This document shows positions 28,445-38,251 of a stretch of 64,000 nt of DNA, piece after piece. Position 1 is the first letter of the stretch. Each line of letters begins with the position of its first letter. The translations under genes were made by a program, and so were the position numbers. The notes under the pieces were generated by a model. It ran no database searches. It saw nothing but the letters and a program-made list of their open reading frames with translations, and was not told the origin of the DNA. The stretch is from Bacteroidota bacterium (GTDB taxonomy: Bacteria; Bacteroidota; Bacteroidia; UBA7662), in contig SYHW01000060.1 in the NCBI GenBank assembly GCA_005799065.1, positions 8,654 to 72,653 of the forward strand, in the 5' to 3' direction.

Positions 28445-29590
28445 ATGAGCAGTGCCAACCCCACCGAACAGATTCTTGAAGCGCTGTCGACTGTTGTCGA
28501 CCCAGACCTCAAAAAGGACTTGGTGTACTTAAATATGGTGGAAGACGTCGCTGTCGATTCCAATCGAATCTCATTCACTCTTTTGCTCACTACGCCCGCT
28601 TGTCCGCTGCGCGATCAGCTGGAAAATGATTGTCGCGTTGCCTTAAATCGAGCTTTTCCGGGCGTCCGGGTTGAAATCAAAATGGATGTGCGTAAATGGG
28701 AGCGTAAAGGCCAACAGCCACGCCCCAAAGGTTTGGGTTCCGTTATTTTGGTGCTTTCGGGTAAAGGAGGTGTAGGAAAAAGTACGGTGGCAGCCGGTTT
28801 GGCCCGGTCGCTCTCCGATTTGGGCGCACGGGTTGCCTTGCTCGATGCGGATGTACACGGACCAAGTCAACCCATAATCTGGCGGCTGTTGAACCAAAGG
28901 CCAGAAATTGTGCAAGAAAAAATGAGACCCATCGACTGCGGTGGTGTTGCGGTATTATCGCTCGGTATGCTGGTAGACCCCAGTCAGCCTTTGGTGTGGC
29001 GAGGTCCCATGGCCGGCAACGCACTCAAGCAGTTGGTAACCGATACCGATTGGGGCACAATCGATTATCTGGTCATCGATATGCCGCCAGGCACAGGCGA
29101 TGTCCACCTCACACTGGCTCAACTGCTGCCCGATTCATATGCCGTTTTGGTCACTACACCGCATGAGCTTGCCCTCGCTGATGCCCGAAAAGCGGCGGCT
29201 ATGTGCCAGATGGAATCGATGCGCATCAAACTACTGGGTTTTGTGGAGAACATGAGTTGGTTTTCGCCGGTTCATCGTTCGGATGAGCGTTATTACTTGT
29301 TCGGACAAGGAGGGGGTTCGGTTTTGGCTAAAGAATTTGAGGTCCCACTCCTCGCACAGTTTCCCCTATTGGCGCGTGTAGGCAGTGGTCCTAAAAAGCC
29401 TGAAAACCTTGAAAACGAAATGTCGGCCCATCCATCGGATGATGATTTGGCTGTGGCGGATCCGTTGGAATGGCAAAAGTCGCCCTATCGGCCTTATTTT
29501 CAAGTGCTATCCTCATCTTTAGCCAGAGCCATTGCCGTGCATCAAGCCAGTACTTCTGATCGCATGAGCGAAGATCTTCAAACCCGCTGA
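28445..29590 (+). CDS. Fe-S cluster carrier ATPase Mrp/ApbC (NBP35 family) with N-terminal DUF59/MIP18 domain
   Basis: N-terminal DUF59 (ILEALSTVVDPDLKKDLVYLNMV), deviant Walker A SGKGGVGKSTVAAGLA, and the CxxC motif region. Confidence 0.85.
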   Translation: MSSANPTEQILEALSTVVDPDLKKDLVYLNMVEDVAVDSNRISFTLLLTTPACPLRDQLENDCRVALNRAFPGVRVEIKMDVRKWERKGQQPRPKGLGSVILVLSGKGGVGKSTVAAGLARSLSDLGARVALLDADVHGPSQPIIWRLLNQRPEIVQEKMRPIDCGGVAVLSLGMLVDPSQPLVWRGPMAGNALKQLVTDTDWGTIDYLVIDMPPGTGDVHLTLAQLLPDSYAVLVTTPHELALADARKAAAMCQMESMRIKLLGFVENMSWFSPVHRSDERYYLFGQGGGSVLAKEFEVPLLAQFPLLARVGSGPKKPENLENEMSAHPSDDDLAVADPLEWQKSPYRPYFQVLSSSLARAIAVHQASTSDRMSEDLQTR

Positions 29591-29614
29591 CTTCCCTCGA
29601 TACCCCACTGCAAC

Positions 29615-29724
29615 CCGCCAATACAACACCAGTACCCCGCCAATACAACACCAGTACCCCGCCAATACAACACCAGTACCCCGCCAATACAACACCAGTA
29701 CCCCGCCAATACAACACCAGTACC
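29615..29724. repeat. perfect 22-bp tandem repeat x5 (ccgccaatacaacaccagtacc) in the mrp-pyrF intergenic region, ending 25 nt before the pyrF ATG
   Basis: Read directly; five identical contiguous copies. It generates spurious repeat ORFs on the minus strand. Confidence 0.95.
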
Positions 29725-29748
29725 CTACCCACAACAAACCTATACCCA

Positions 29749-30582
29749 ATGAACCACGCGCATTTATCACATAGAATTCAAGAAAAGCAAAGTTTTCTGT
29801 GTGTGGGTCTGGATACCGATCCGCGTCGTTTGCCCGTAGGCATGCAGGCCAACGAACGAGATGTGCTGCGATTTAACCGGGATATCATTGAGGCGACACA
29901 GGCCTATGCGGTGGCCTATAAAATCAATATTGCATTTTATGAGGCCATGGGTCCGCAGGGTTGGGCCATATTACAGGAAACATTGCAATACATCCCAGAA
30001 GGGATCTTCACCATTGCAGATGCCAAAAGAGGCGATATAGGAAATACCGCTGAGCAGTACGCGCGTGCTTTTTTTGAGGTGATGAATTTTGACGCCATTA
30101 CCCTCAATGCGTATATGGGACACGATGCCGTTTCTCCTTTTCTGGCCTACCGCGATAAATGGGCGATTGTACTGGCCTTAACCACGAACCCCGGGGCCGC
30201 TGATTTTCAATACCGCACAGATGAGCAGGGCATCCCGCTATACCTTTCCATGGCACAGGCTGCAGCGGAATGGGGCAACCCGGATCAAATGATGCTTGTG
30301 GCTGGAGCCAATCGTACCGCTGAACTGTCTGAACTGAGGACGGCCATACCCCAGCACTTTTTCCTTATACCCGGTGTTGGGGCACAAGGAGGGAGCCTAA
30401 CGGATGTATATAACGCGGCAGCGGCATCAACGGGCCCATGTATGCTGGTGAATGCCTCTCGTTCCATCATCTTCGCCTCATCCGGACAAGATTACGCCAT
30501 GCGGGCAGGGGATGAGGCCTCCCGCTTGCAGTCCGAAATGTCGAGCCTTTTAAACTCAGGAACAGCTCCGTATATTGGCTGA
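29749..30582 (+). CDS. pyrF: orotidine 5'-phosphate decarboxylase (long, type 2)
   Basis: LCVGLDTDPRRLP...KINIAFYEAMG...DAKRGDIGNTAEQYA, typical of type-2 PyrF. Confidence 0.85.
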   Translation: MNHAHLSHRIQEKQSFLCVGLDTDPRRLPVGMQANERDVLRFNRDIIEATQAYAVAYKINIAFYEAMGPQGWAILQETLQYIPEGIFTIADAKRGDIGNTAEQYARAFFEVMNFDAITLNAYMGHDAVSPFLAYRDKWAIVLALTTNPGAADFQYRTDEQGIPLYLSMAQAAAEWGNPDQMMLVAGANRTAELSELRTAIPQHFFLIPGVGAQGGSLTDVYNAAAASTGPCMLVNASRSIIFASSGQDYAMRAGDEASRLQSEMSSLLNSGTAPYIG

Positions 30583-30612
30583 AATTTGCAGGACTATGAA
30601 AATTACAGGTTT

Positions 30613-32727
30613 ATGAAAATTAAGATCATTTTCGCCCTTTGTCTTCTTCCGATGATGAGCATGGCACAAAAATCGCCAGCAGGCGCTTCCATTCGATACC
30701 CCGAAACCCGAAAGTCCAACCAACGCGACACCCTACATGGTGTGGTGGTGGAGGATCCCTACCGATGGCTCGAGGATGATTTATCGGCCGAAACTGCCGA
30801 TTGGGTAGACCGTCAAAATAAAGTGACCAACAACTACCTCGCTCAGATCCCATACCGCAACTCCATCAAAGAGCGACTAACCAAGCTCTGGAACTACGAG
30901 AAATATTCGGCACCCTTTGTGCGTGGAGCCTATACCTATTTCTATAAAAATGACGGCCTGCAAAATCAATCGGTTCTTTACCGTCAGGTTGAAGGGGGAA
31001 AACCCGAGGTATTCCTCGATCCCAACCAGTTTTCTGCCACCGGAACGACCTCACTCGCCGGCATTAGCTTTACCGAAGACGGCAGTCTGTGTGCCTATCA
31101 GATCAGCGAAGGAGGAAGCGATTGGCGTAAAGTACTCGTGATGGATGTGGAAAGCCGTAAATTGTTGGGCGATACCTTATTCGATGTAAAATTCAGTGGG
31201 TTGTCTTGGAAGGGTAACGAGGGGTTCTATTATTCGAGCTACGATAAGCCTCTCGCTGGATCTGCCCTTTCCGCAAAAACGCAACAACACAAACTATACT
31301 ACCATAAATTGGAAAGTCCCCAAAAATCCGATCAACTGGTGTTTGGGGGAGATCAACAGCCCCGTCGCTACGTTGGTGGGTTCGTAACAGAAGACCAACA
31401 GTTTTTGGTGGTAACGGCCGCCAACGCCACTTATGGTAATGAATTGTATGTGCAGCGACTCGGACGCGAAGGGGAGGCCATGATGGTCATCGCCGACGAT
31501 ATGAAGCATGAACATGATGTGGTGCACAGCGAGGGGGAGTGGATTTATATTCTCACCAATCTCGATGCACCCAACCGCCGTTTGGTGCGCGCCCGGGCCG
31601 AAAGTCCAACCACCGACAGCTGGGAGACCCTCATTCCCGAAACCAAATATCCCCTGACTGTTTCACAAGCTGGGGGGTTCTTCTTCTGTCAATACCTCCG
31701 CGATGCGGTAAGCCAAGTTATTCAATGCGATATGGAGGGCAACCAGATCCGTGAGATTGAATTGCCCAGTATCGGCACAGCCTCGGGTTTCGATGGGCGC
31801 CGCAACGATAAAACCCTCTATTACAGCTTTACGTCCTATATTTTCCCGCCTACCATCTTTCAATATGCCATCAATGAAGGCAAGAGCTCGGTGTATAAAA
31901 AGAGTGGGGTGGATTTTGATCCATCGCTCTATGAAAGCCATCAAGTGTTCTACAATTCAAAGGATGGAACGCGAGTGCCCATGATCATCACCCATAAAAA
32001 GGGGCTCAAGCGCGACGGAACAAACCCAACCATGCTCTATGGATATGGGGGCTTCAACATTAGTCTCACACCTAGTTTTAGTACGTCGAATATTATTTTG
32101 CTCGAAAAAGGGGGCATCTATGCTGTGGCCAACCTACGCGGAGGGGGAGAATACGGTGACGCCTGGCATGATGCGGGCACCCAAATGCGCAAACAAAATG
32201 TTTTCGATGACTTCATCGCCGCCGGTGAATTTTTAATCAAGGAGGGCTACACCAACAGCAAGACATTGGCCATCGCAGGGGGGTCTAATGGTGGGTTGCT
32301 CGTGGGGGCCTGCATGACCCAACGGCCTGATCTGTTTCGTGTTTGTTTTCCTGCTGTAGGAGTACTCGATATGTTGCGCTATCACGTGTTCACCGCCGGC
32401 GCGGGCTGGGCCTATGATTACGGCAAAGCCGATGATGGCCCCGATATGTTTCGGTATCTACTCGGTTATTCACCTGTGCACAATGTGAAGAAGGGAACCG
32501 CCTATCCTGCCACCATGATCATGACGGCCGATCATGATGACCGGGTGGTACCCGCGCATAGCTTTAAATTTGCGGCCGCCCTTCAGGCCGGTCACACAGG
32601 CCCCAATCCGGTCCTGATTCGCATCGAAACCAAAGCAGGGCACGGGGCGGGCAAGCCAACCTCCATGATTATCGACGAGCAGGCCGACAAATGGTCATTT
32701 ATGTTCTTTCAGATGGACGGGAAGTAG
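30613..32727 (+). CDS. prolyl oligopeptidase (S9A family), secreted or periplasmic
   Basis: Signal peptide MKIKIIFALCLLPMMSMAQ, beta-propeller N-domain, catalytic GGSNGGLLVGA (Ser), and the Asp/His region DDRVVPAHSFKF. ORF track start is 30586. Confidence 0.85.
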   Translation: MKIKIIFALCLLPMMSMAQKSPAGASIRYPETRKSNQRDTLHGVVVEDPYRWLEDDLSAETADWVDRQNKVTNNYLAQIPYRNSIKERLTKLWNYEKYSAPFVRGAYTYFYKNDGLQNQSVLYRQVEGGKPEVFLDPNQFSATGTTSLAGISFTEDGSLCAYQISEGGSDWRKVLVMDVESRKLLGDTLFDVKFSGLSWKGNEGFYYSSYDKPLAGSALSAKTQQHKLYYHKLESPQKSDQLVFGGDQQPRRYVGGFVTEDQQFLVVTAANATYGNELYVQRLGREGEAMMVIADDMKHEHDVVHSEGEWIYILTNLDAPNRRLVRARAESPTTDSWETLIPETKYPLTVSQAGGFFFCQYLRDAVSQVIQCDMEGNQIREIELPSIGTASGFDGRRNDKTLYYSFTSYIFPPTIFQYAINEGKSSVYKKSGVDFDPSLYESHQVFYNSKDGTRVPMIITHKKGLKRDGTNPTMLYGYGGFNISLTPSFSTSNIILLEKGGIYAVANLRGGGEYGDAWHDAGTQMRKQNVFDDFIAAGEFLIKEGYTNSKTLAIAGGSNGGLLVGACMTQRPDLFRVCFPAVGVLDMLRYHVFTAGAGWAYDYGKADDGPDMFRYLLGYSPVHNVKKGTAYPATMIMTADHDDRVVPAHSFKFAAALQAGHTGPNPVLIRIETKAGHGAGKPTSMIIDEQADKWSFMFFQMDGK

Positions 32728-32790
32728 CGGTCGGCTTGTGTTTTTTGTCACTGTTGCTGTCTTAGCTTTCGCCCAATGGCCTCATGATCG

Positions 32791-35283
32791 CTAAAACTGA
32801 AGGCTGATGATCAGTTGAAGGTTTCGACCGGGTTCGGGCAACTGAATGAGTCGGTAGCGGCTTAGGTGGTTTAAATAATGGCGGTTGAGCAGATTCTGGG
32901 CTTGAAGCCGCAAAACCCACAAGCGGCCGTTGCCTAGAGGCCGCTGCCAGCCCGCCTGAAACTGAAGAAGATGATAGCCTGGTGTTGGCGCCTCATTGCG
33001 ATCGGTTCGTTTTTGCGCCGCCACCAAAATCCAGTCGATATTGAAAAATCCAGTGGATAATGGACGTGATTGGTCCATTTTCGAATGAGATCGGTTCATG
33101 ACCCGATTCAAGCTGAGCCATAGGCTGGAGGGAGGGCTCCAAGGAAGGGGTACACCCGTCGTCACATTTTGCATCCAAACATATTCCCCGACCGCAGTGA
33201 TTGTGTTCGAACGGCCTATTCGGTAGTCTAGCTGAAATTCAGCGCCCGAATGGATGACTCGTCCTTGCGAATACTTAAAAATTTGCCCCCCTTCAGGCAG
33301 AAAACTAAAATAGCCGGTGGGTCTAAGGTAGATGTAGCGTGAGAAATAATTGAAATAGGTTGAGCCCCTACAAGTCAAGCGACCTTGGTTCCATGTACCC
33401 CCCACATCGAATTGCCACCCCTGCTCGGGGCGCAGGCTGCTGTCGCCCTGCTCATGTCGAAAACTTCCGTGGTGCACACCATTGCTGGCCAATTCAGGCA
33501 GTCCGGGCAAGCGAAAGCTGTTCCCGAAATGCATGTTCAAGGCGTTCCCTTGCACATCAGACCAATTAATTCCTACCGAAGCTGTGGTGCTCATGTACTG
33601 CCTCCGTAATTCCGGTGCGCGCAGTCGATCCACAAACCCACTGTCCGTACGATAACGATCGATGTATGCCTGGCTGCTTTGTCTCGACATGTCTGTTCTC
33701 ATTCCGGTGCTCGCCTCCCAACCCCGCCCAATACGCACGTTTCGGATCAAGAAAAGCCCATATTGAGAGGCCGAATAGGCAGGGATCAGGAATTCGTAGC
33801 CCCCAATTCTGTTCTGTTGCAGTTGACCACTGCTGCCCATCATCAAACGGTTTTTTCCGTGTCGATGGGGTTGAAATCGGATGTTCCAGGAGGCCGTTCC
33901 GAGCCACATTCCGTGGTTCAGCTGCTGGTTGCTGTCGAGGTATCCCCGTCCGTGTGCATGCGGATTCGACAATTCCCGGCGGTCGTTGTACTGGCCCCCA
34001 AGATCCACTTCCCAATCGCCTAGAGCACTTTGTATTTCGGTATGCGAACCCAATCGATGGTGCACGATAAGTTGCTGCGGGCTTAGTACATCCCCGCGTT
34101 TAGGGTTCGGATCGAGTTTGTACTCGAGTGGACGGCCCAAAGCGCCCGGAAAGAAACCTATTTTCTGTCCGAACCGCTTATAAGTAAATTGGGTTCTGCC
34201 ACTTCCGAAGCTTTTTTGAAGCCCCAAGGCCATATGCACCTCACGTCCTGCTGTATTATCGAGACGGCTGCCTGGGAGGGGAATGCGAAACCGATTGTAG
34301 CTGAAGCTGTCGGCCGGAAGGCGATAATCGGAATAGTTGTGGGCCGTAGCGCGTATCGACCAGTTCCAGTTGCGACTTAAGACACCCTGAAGGGCCAGAT
34401 GTCCGCCGAAATGATCATTCACACTCCGACCGATCATACTCATACTGCCTTCCAGTTTGTCTAAGGGAACAATCGGCTTAGAAACGAGTTGAATAACCCC
34501 CGCCACAGCGTCGGATCCATAAAGCAAGCTCGAAGGCCCCTTCACAATGCGCACTTCTTCAATCTGGAAAGGATCCACTTCAAGCCCGTGATCGATGCCC
34601 CATTGTTGTCCTTCTTGCCGAATGTTTCCATCGGTGACGGCCACCCGATTAAAGGACATGCCCCGAATGACGGGTTTGGCGAGTCCAATCCCGGTCTGCA
34701 ATTGTGTGATTCCGGGAAGTCTTTCAAGGGCCTGCATCATCGTAATTCCACCCTGTCGGCGTAAATTTTCGAAACTCATCCGTTCAGTGGTTTGACCTAA
34801 TTGCCACGAACATTGTCCTGCATCCGCTTCAACCAAAACCTCACCCAATGTTAGGGATGAAGGTATCAGGATCATCAAGACCGTGTCTGAAGGCTTAAGC
34901 GGCTGTGTGATCGAAAGTCGATTTAGTTCATATCCCAGGTGGCGACCATATAGGTTGATGGGAAGCTGAGGGAAGGGCGAAATCCGAAATACGCCATTTT
35001 CATCGGTCAATGTCCCCACATCATTGCTGTCCAAATAAATCTCGACAGTCGACAGAGGGTGTCCCTTGGGATCCAATACCTTACCAACGAGGGTGTCATG
35101 CGGCGATTGCCCATAAACCCCATTCGGGATGAAAACGTACGCTAATGTGTAAACCCATAATGTGTAAACCCATATTGGATAAATCCTTGATGGGCAAACC
35201 CAAAACGGGCAAATCCCAAAACGGTAAGCACACAATTTGTCAACCCAATCACGGGCACTGAATATACCTTTCACCTGCAACAA
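32791..35283 (-). CDS. TonB-dependent outer-membrane receptor with N-terminal carboxypeptidase-regulatory-like domain; 5' end anomalous
   Basis: CarboxypepD_reg-like segment (LVGKVLDPKGHPLSTVEIYLDSNDVGTLTDENGVFRISPF), plug domain, 22-strand barrel, terminal aromatic residue. No in-frame ATG at the 5' end; the ORF opens with TTG and runs through DNA tandem repeats. Confidence 0.8.
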   Translation of the reverse strand: MLQVKGIFSARDWVDKLCAYRFGICPFWVCPSRIYPIWVYTLWVYTLAYVFIPNGVYGQSPHDTLVGKVLDPKGHPLSTVEIYLDSNDVGTLTDENGVFRISPFPQLPINLYGRHLGYELNRLSITQPLKPSDTVLMILIPSSLTLGEVLVEADAGQCSWQLGQTTERMSFENLRRQGGITMMQALERLPGITQLQTGIGLAKPVIRGMSFNRVAVTDGNIRQEGQQWGIDHGLEVDPFQIEEVRIVKGPSSLLYGSDAVAGVIQLVSKPIVPLDKLEGSMSMIGRSVNDHFGGHLALQGVLSRNWNWSIRATAHNYSDYRLPADSFSYNRFRIPLPGSRLDNTAGREVHMALGLQKSFGSGRTQFTYKRFGQKIGFFPGALGRPLEYKLDPNPKRGDVLSPQQLIVHHRLGSHTEIQSALGDWEVDLGGQYNDRRELSNPHAHGRGYLDSNQQLNHGMWLGTASWNIRFQPHRHGKNRLMMGSSGQLQQNRIGGYEFLIPAYSASQYGLFLIRNVRIGRGWEASTGMRTDMSRQSSQAYIDRYRTDSGFVDRLRAPELRRQYMSTTASVGINWSDVQGNALNMHFGNSFRLPGLPELASNGVHHGSFRHEQGDSSLRPEQGWQFDVGGTWNQGRLTCRGSTYFNYFSRYIYLRPTGYFSFLPEGGQIFKYSQGRVIHSGAEFQLDYRIGRSNTITAVGEYVWMQNVTTGVPLPWSPPSSLWLSLNRVMNRSHSKMDQSRPLSTGFFNIDWILVAAQKRTDRNEAPTPGYHLLQFQAGWQRPLGNGRLWVLRLQAQNLLNRHYLNHLSRYRLIQLPEPGRNLQLIISLQF
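35141..35222. repeat. two pairs of 15-16-bp tandem direct repeats (aatgtgtaaacccat x2; gggcaaaYcccaaaac x2) inside the predicted 5' end of the TonB receptor ORF
   Basis: Read directly. They share the core aaacccataa with the 16941 repeat. Confidence 0.7.
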
Positions 35284-35363
35284 AGTTGCAAATGTAAGAT
35301 AAATGAATCGTTCAATGAATGGATCTGATGATTAATGAAAAAAAAGCAACCGATTGAAGTAGT

Positions 35364-36638
35364 CTACAAGAGCATCCTGAGCGGCTCTTCGAGTAAATTC
35401 TTCAGCCGTTGCAGAAAGGCAGCGCCCGTGGCGCCATCTACCACCCTATGGTCACAACTCAGCGTAAGCTTCATCCGGTGGCTCACAACGATTTCACCAT
35501 TCCGAACAACAGCTTCCTCACGGATCGCGCCAACCGCTAAAATGCAGGCATCTGGCGGATTGATGATCGCGGTAAATGATTCAATGCCAAACATGCCCAG
35601 ATTAGAAATCGTGAAGGTGTTTCCCTCCCAATCGGAAGGCTGTAGCTTTTTCTGTCGTGCCCGATCAGCGAGTGATGCGGTTTCCTGAGCGATCTGGCTC
35701 AACGACTTTTGGTTAGCGAAGCGCACCACAGGAACCAATAAGCCATCCTCTACAGCCATGGCCACCCCCAAATGCACGTGTTTGTTGTAGCGAATGCTGT
35801 CGCCCTGCCAAGAAGCATTCACGGCCGGGTGGTGGGGTAGTGACATGGCCACAGCCTTCACTACCAGATCATTGAAGGATATCTTAACGCCCGAAAATTC
35901 GTTCAAGCGAGACCTTGATTCAACAGCGCGTCCCATATCGACCTCCATATTGAGGTAGAAATGAGGGGCTGTGAATTTGCTTTCAGCCAACCGACGTGCG
36001 ATGGTTTTGCGCATGGGACTGATCGACACCATTTCGAACGACTCCTGGCCTTCATAGGTAGTGGATGGGGACGCCAAAGAAGAAACGGCACTTTTTACTG
36101 CTGAGATCGACTCTAAATCGCGGCGTACAATTCGGCCACCATCGCCGCTGCCTCGAATGCCCGTTAGGTCGATTCCCCGCTCTTCAGCCATTTTTCGTGC
36201 GAGTGGACTTGCTTTTGTGCGCCCCATGCTCTGTTCGTCTGTCGCTTGAGCCAAATGGGCATTGTCGAGACTTGGTATGGCGGCATTCGTCGCAGACACG
36301 GGCGTTTCGACCACCACGCTGGATGCCTCAGGCCGTATATTTTTCTCGTCGGTGTTCGACGTTGGTCCCGAAGACGTAAGTAGTCCACTAATGTCTTCGC
36401 CCTCTTTACCCACAATGGCGATGATGGCGTCTACAGGAACACTACTGCCTTGAGGAACGCCTACATGCAGCAGAACCCCATTCACGAAATTTTCCAATTC
36501 CATGGTCGCCTTATCGGTTTCCACATCAGCCAAAATATCACCAGATCGAACAGGATCGCCCACTTTTTTGTGCCAAACAGCAATGACCCCTTCGGTCATG
36601 GTGTCGCTCATTTTCGGCATACGAAGTACTTCAGCCAT
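35364..36638 (-). CDS. dihydrolipoamide acyltransferase (E2 component of a 2-oxoacid dehydrogenase complex)
   Basis: N-terminal lipoyl domain (ETDKATMELE), Ala/Pro-rich linker, E3-binding region, C-terminal catalytic domain with DHRVVDGA. Confidence 0.85.
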   Translation of the reverse strand: MAEVLRMPKMSDTMTEGVIAVWHKKVGDPVRSGDILADVETDKATMELENFVNGVLLHVGVPQGSSVPVDAIIAIVGKEGEDISGLLTSSGPTSNTDEKNIRPEASSVVVETPVSATNAAIPSLDNAHLAQATDEQSMGRTKASPLARKMAEERGIDLTGIRGSGDGGRIVRRDLESISAVKSAVSSLASPSTTYEGQESFEMVSISPMRKTIARRLAESKFTAPHFYLNMEVDMGRAVESRSRLNEFSGVKISFNDLVVKAVAMSLPHHPAVNASWQGDSIRYNKHVHLGVAMAVEDGLLVPVVRFANQKSLSQIAQETASLADRARQKKLQPSDWEGNTFTISNLGMFGIESFTAIINPPDACILAVGAIREEAVVRNGEIVVSHRMKLTLSCDHRVVDGATGAAFLQRLKNLLEEPLRMLL

Positions 36639-36820
36639 AGTCTAAAAATTGGATGCAAAATTACGCGAGATTTTTCCATTGACCAACCACTGATCATTCA
36701 AATCATTTGAGAAAGCGATTTAAGTATATTTGTATGTTTATGCCAACTCAAACCCCAAAGGAGGTGGATGCCAGCGCAACACCGATTCACGAGAATTTCC
36801 ATTCTAAGCCAAAACCGGGG

Positions 36821-38251
36821 ATGGGTCAAAGGGTTGATCTACCGAAGCACCTAAACCCAGTGGATCAAGAATTTATCAATCTACTGAAGCACGAATTGGG
36901 TTCATCTTTTTTCGTGGAGGGTGATTTATCGCCATTCGGTCGCGACGAAACCGAGGATCTATTGTTTGTGCCCGACGTAGTGGTGCGCCCCCAGCATCCC
37001 GAACAGGTTGCCCAACTGTTGAAGTTGTGCCACCATCATCGAATCTCAGTAACTCCCAGGGGAGCCGGCACGGGTCTCAGCGGTGGTGCCCTCCCCGTTA
37101 CGGGCGGAGTCGTCCTTGATTTGAGTCGGATGAATCGAATATTAAACATCGATACAGACAATATGCAGGTAACCGTCGAACCCGGCTGCATCACCGAAGA
37201 AATCCAAAAAGCCGTAGCGAATCACGGCCTCTACTATCCTCCCGATCCCTCCAGTCGAGGCTCATGTACCATTGGAGGCAATATCGCCCATGGCGCCGGT
37301 GGCCCTCACGCTGTAAAATACGGCACAACGCGCGATTATGTTTTGAACCTGCAAGTGGCTTTAGCTTCAGGAGAACTCATTTGGACAGGCGCTTCCGTTC
37401 TCAAATATGCTACAGGCTACAACCTAACCCAGTTGATGGTAGGTAGTGAGGGCTCCCTCGGCGTAGTCACGCGCGCTGTACTTCGGCTCATCCCTCAACC
37501 CACCCATACCCTGCTCATGCTTCTGCCGTTTCCAAGTTTGGAATCGGCCTGTGCCGCTGTAACAGAGGTTTTCCGCCTCGGAATCACCCCTTCGGCACTC
37601 GAATTCATGGAACGTGATGCATTGGAATTGGTTTCAGCCTACCTAAATCGAGATATACACATACCCGATGTGGTTCAAGCCCATTTATTGATCGAGTTGG
37701 ATGGATCGAACATCGACCTTCTTCAGCAAGAGGCAGCCCATATTTTTGATGCCCTGCAGCACCGAACGGTGACAGAGATTCTCCTGGCCCAGACCGCTGG
37801 CGAACAACAGCAATTGTGGCAATTGAGGCGACAAGTAGCCCATGCCGTTCGGGCGGCCTCCGTATACAAAGAAGAGGATACGGTAGTTCCCCGGGCCGCA
37901 TTGCCTCAGCTCATTGGCAAGGTCAAAGAATTGGGAAATGAATTCGGCTTTAAAAGCGTATGCTATGGCCATGCAGGTGATGGTAATGTGCATGTTAACA
38001 TTCTAAAAGGTGATCTAAACGACGAACAATGGAATGGGGTGGTTCAAGAAGGTATCCGTGCGGTGTTTCGGGAAGTGGCAGCACTCGGCGGCACCTTATC
38101 TGGAGAGCATGGAGTAGGATGGGTTCAACAAACCTATATGCGCGATGTGGTTGGTGAAACACAACGGCAACTCATGCGGGGCATCAAAACCGTATTCGAT
38201 CCAAGGGGCATACTCAATCCCTGTAAAATTTTCTCCTCCCATGCAGAATAG
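36821..38251 (+). CDS. FAD-linked oxidase (GlcD / D-lactate dehydrogenase family)
   Basis: FAD-binding PCMH domain (RGAGTGLSGGALP), C-terminal HAGDGNVH. Upstream ATGs at 36707 and 36734 are possible. Confidence 0.75.
   Translation: MGQRVDLPKHLNPVDQEFINLLKHELGSSFFVEGDLSPFGRDETEDLLFVPDVVVRPQHPEQVAQLLKLCHHHRISVTPRGAGTGLSGGALPVTGGVVLDLSRMNRILNIDTDNMQVTVEPGCITEEIQKAVANHGLYYPPDPSSRGSCTIGGNIAHGAGGPHAVKYGTTRDYVLNLQVALASGELIWTGASVLKYATGYNLTQLMVGSEGSLGVVTRAVLRLIPQPTHTLLMLLPFPSLESACAAVTEVFRLGITPSALEFMERDALELVSAYLNRDIHIPDVVQAHLLIELDGSNIDLLQQEAAHIFDALQHRTVTEILLAQTAGEQQQLWQLRRQVAHAVRAASVYKEEDTVVPRAALPQLIGKVKELGNEFGFKSVCYGHAGDGNVHVNILKGDLNDEQWNGVVQEGIRAVFREVAALGGTLSGEHGVGWVQQTYMRDVVGETQRQLMRGIKTVFDPRGILNPCKIFSSHAE

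Noticed and set aside
2076-29724. Tandem repeats considered as CRISPR arrays
   Set aside because: Copies are directly adjacent with no unique spacers, units are only 16-24 bp and not palindromic, and there are no cas genes nearby.
29391-29770. Minus-strand ORFs 29391-29732 and 29519-29770 with repeated YWRGTGVVLAG motifs
   Set aside because: Translation artefacts of the 22-bp x5 tandem repeat; they overlap the mrp 3' end and the pyrF start.
35335-35688. 117-aa plus-strand ORF
   Set aside because: Antisense to the lipoyl-domain region of the E2 acyltransferase; no features.
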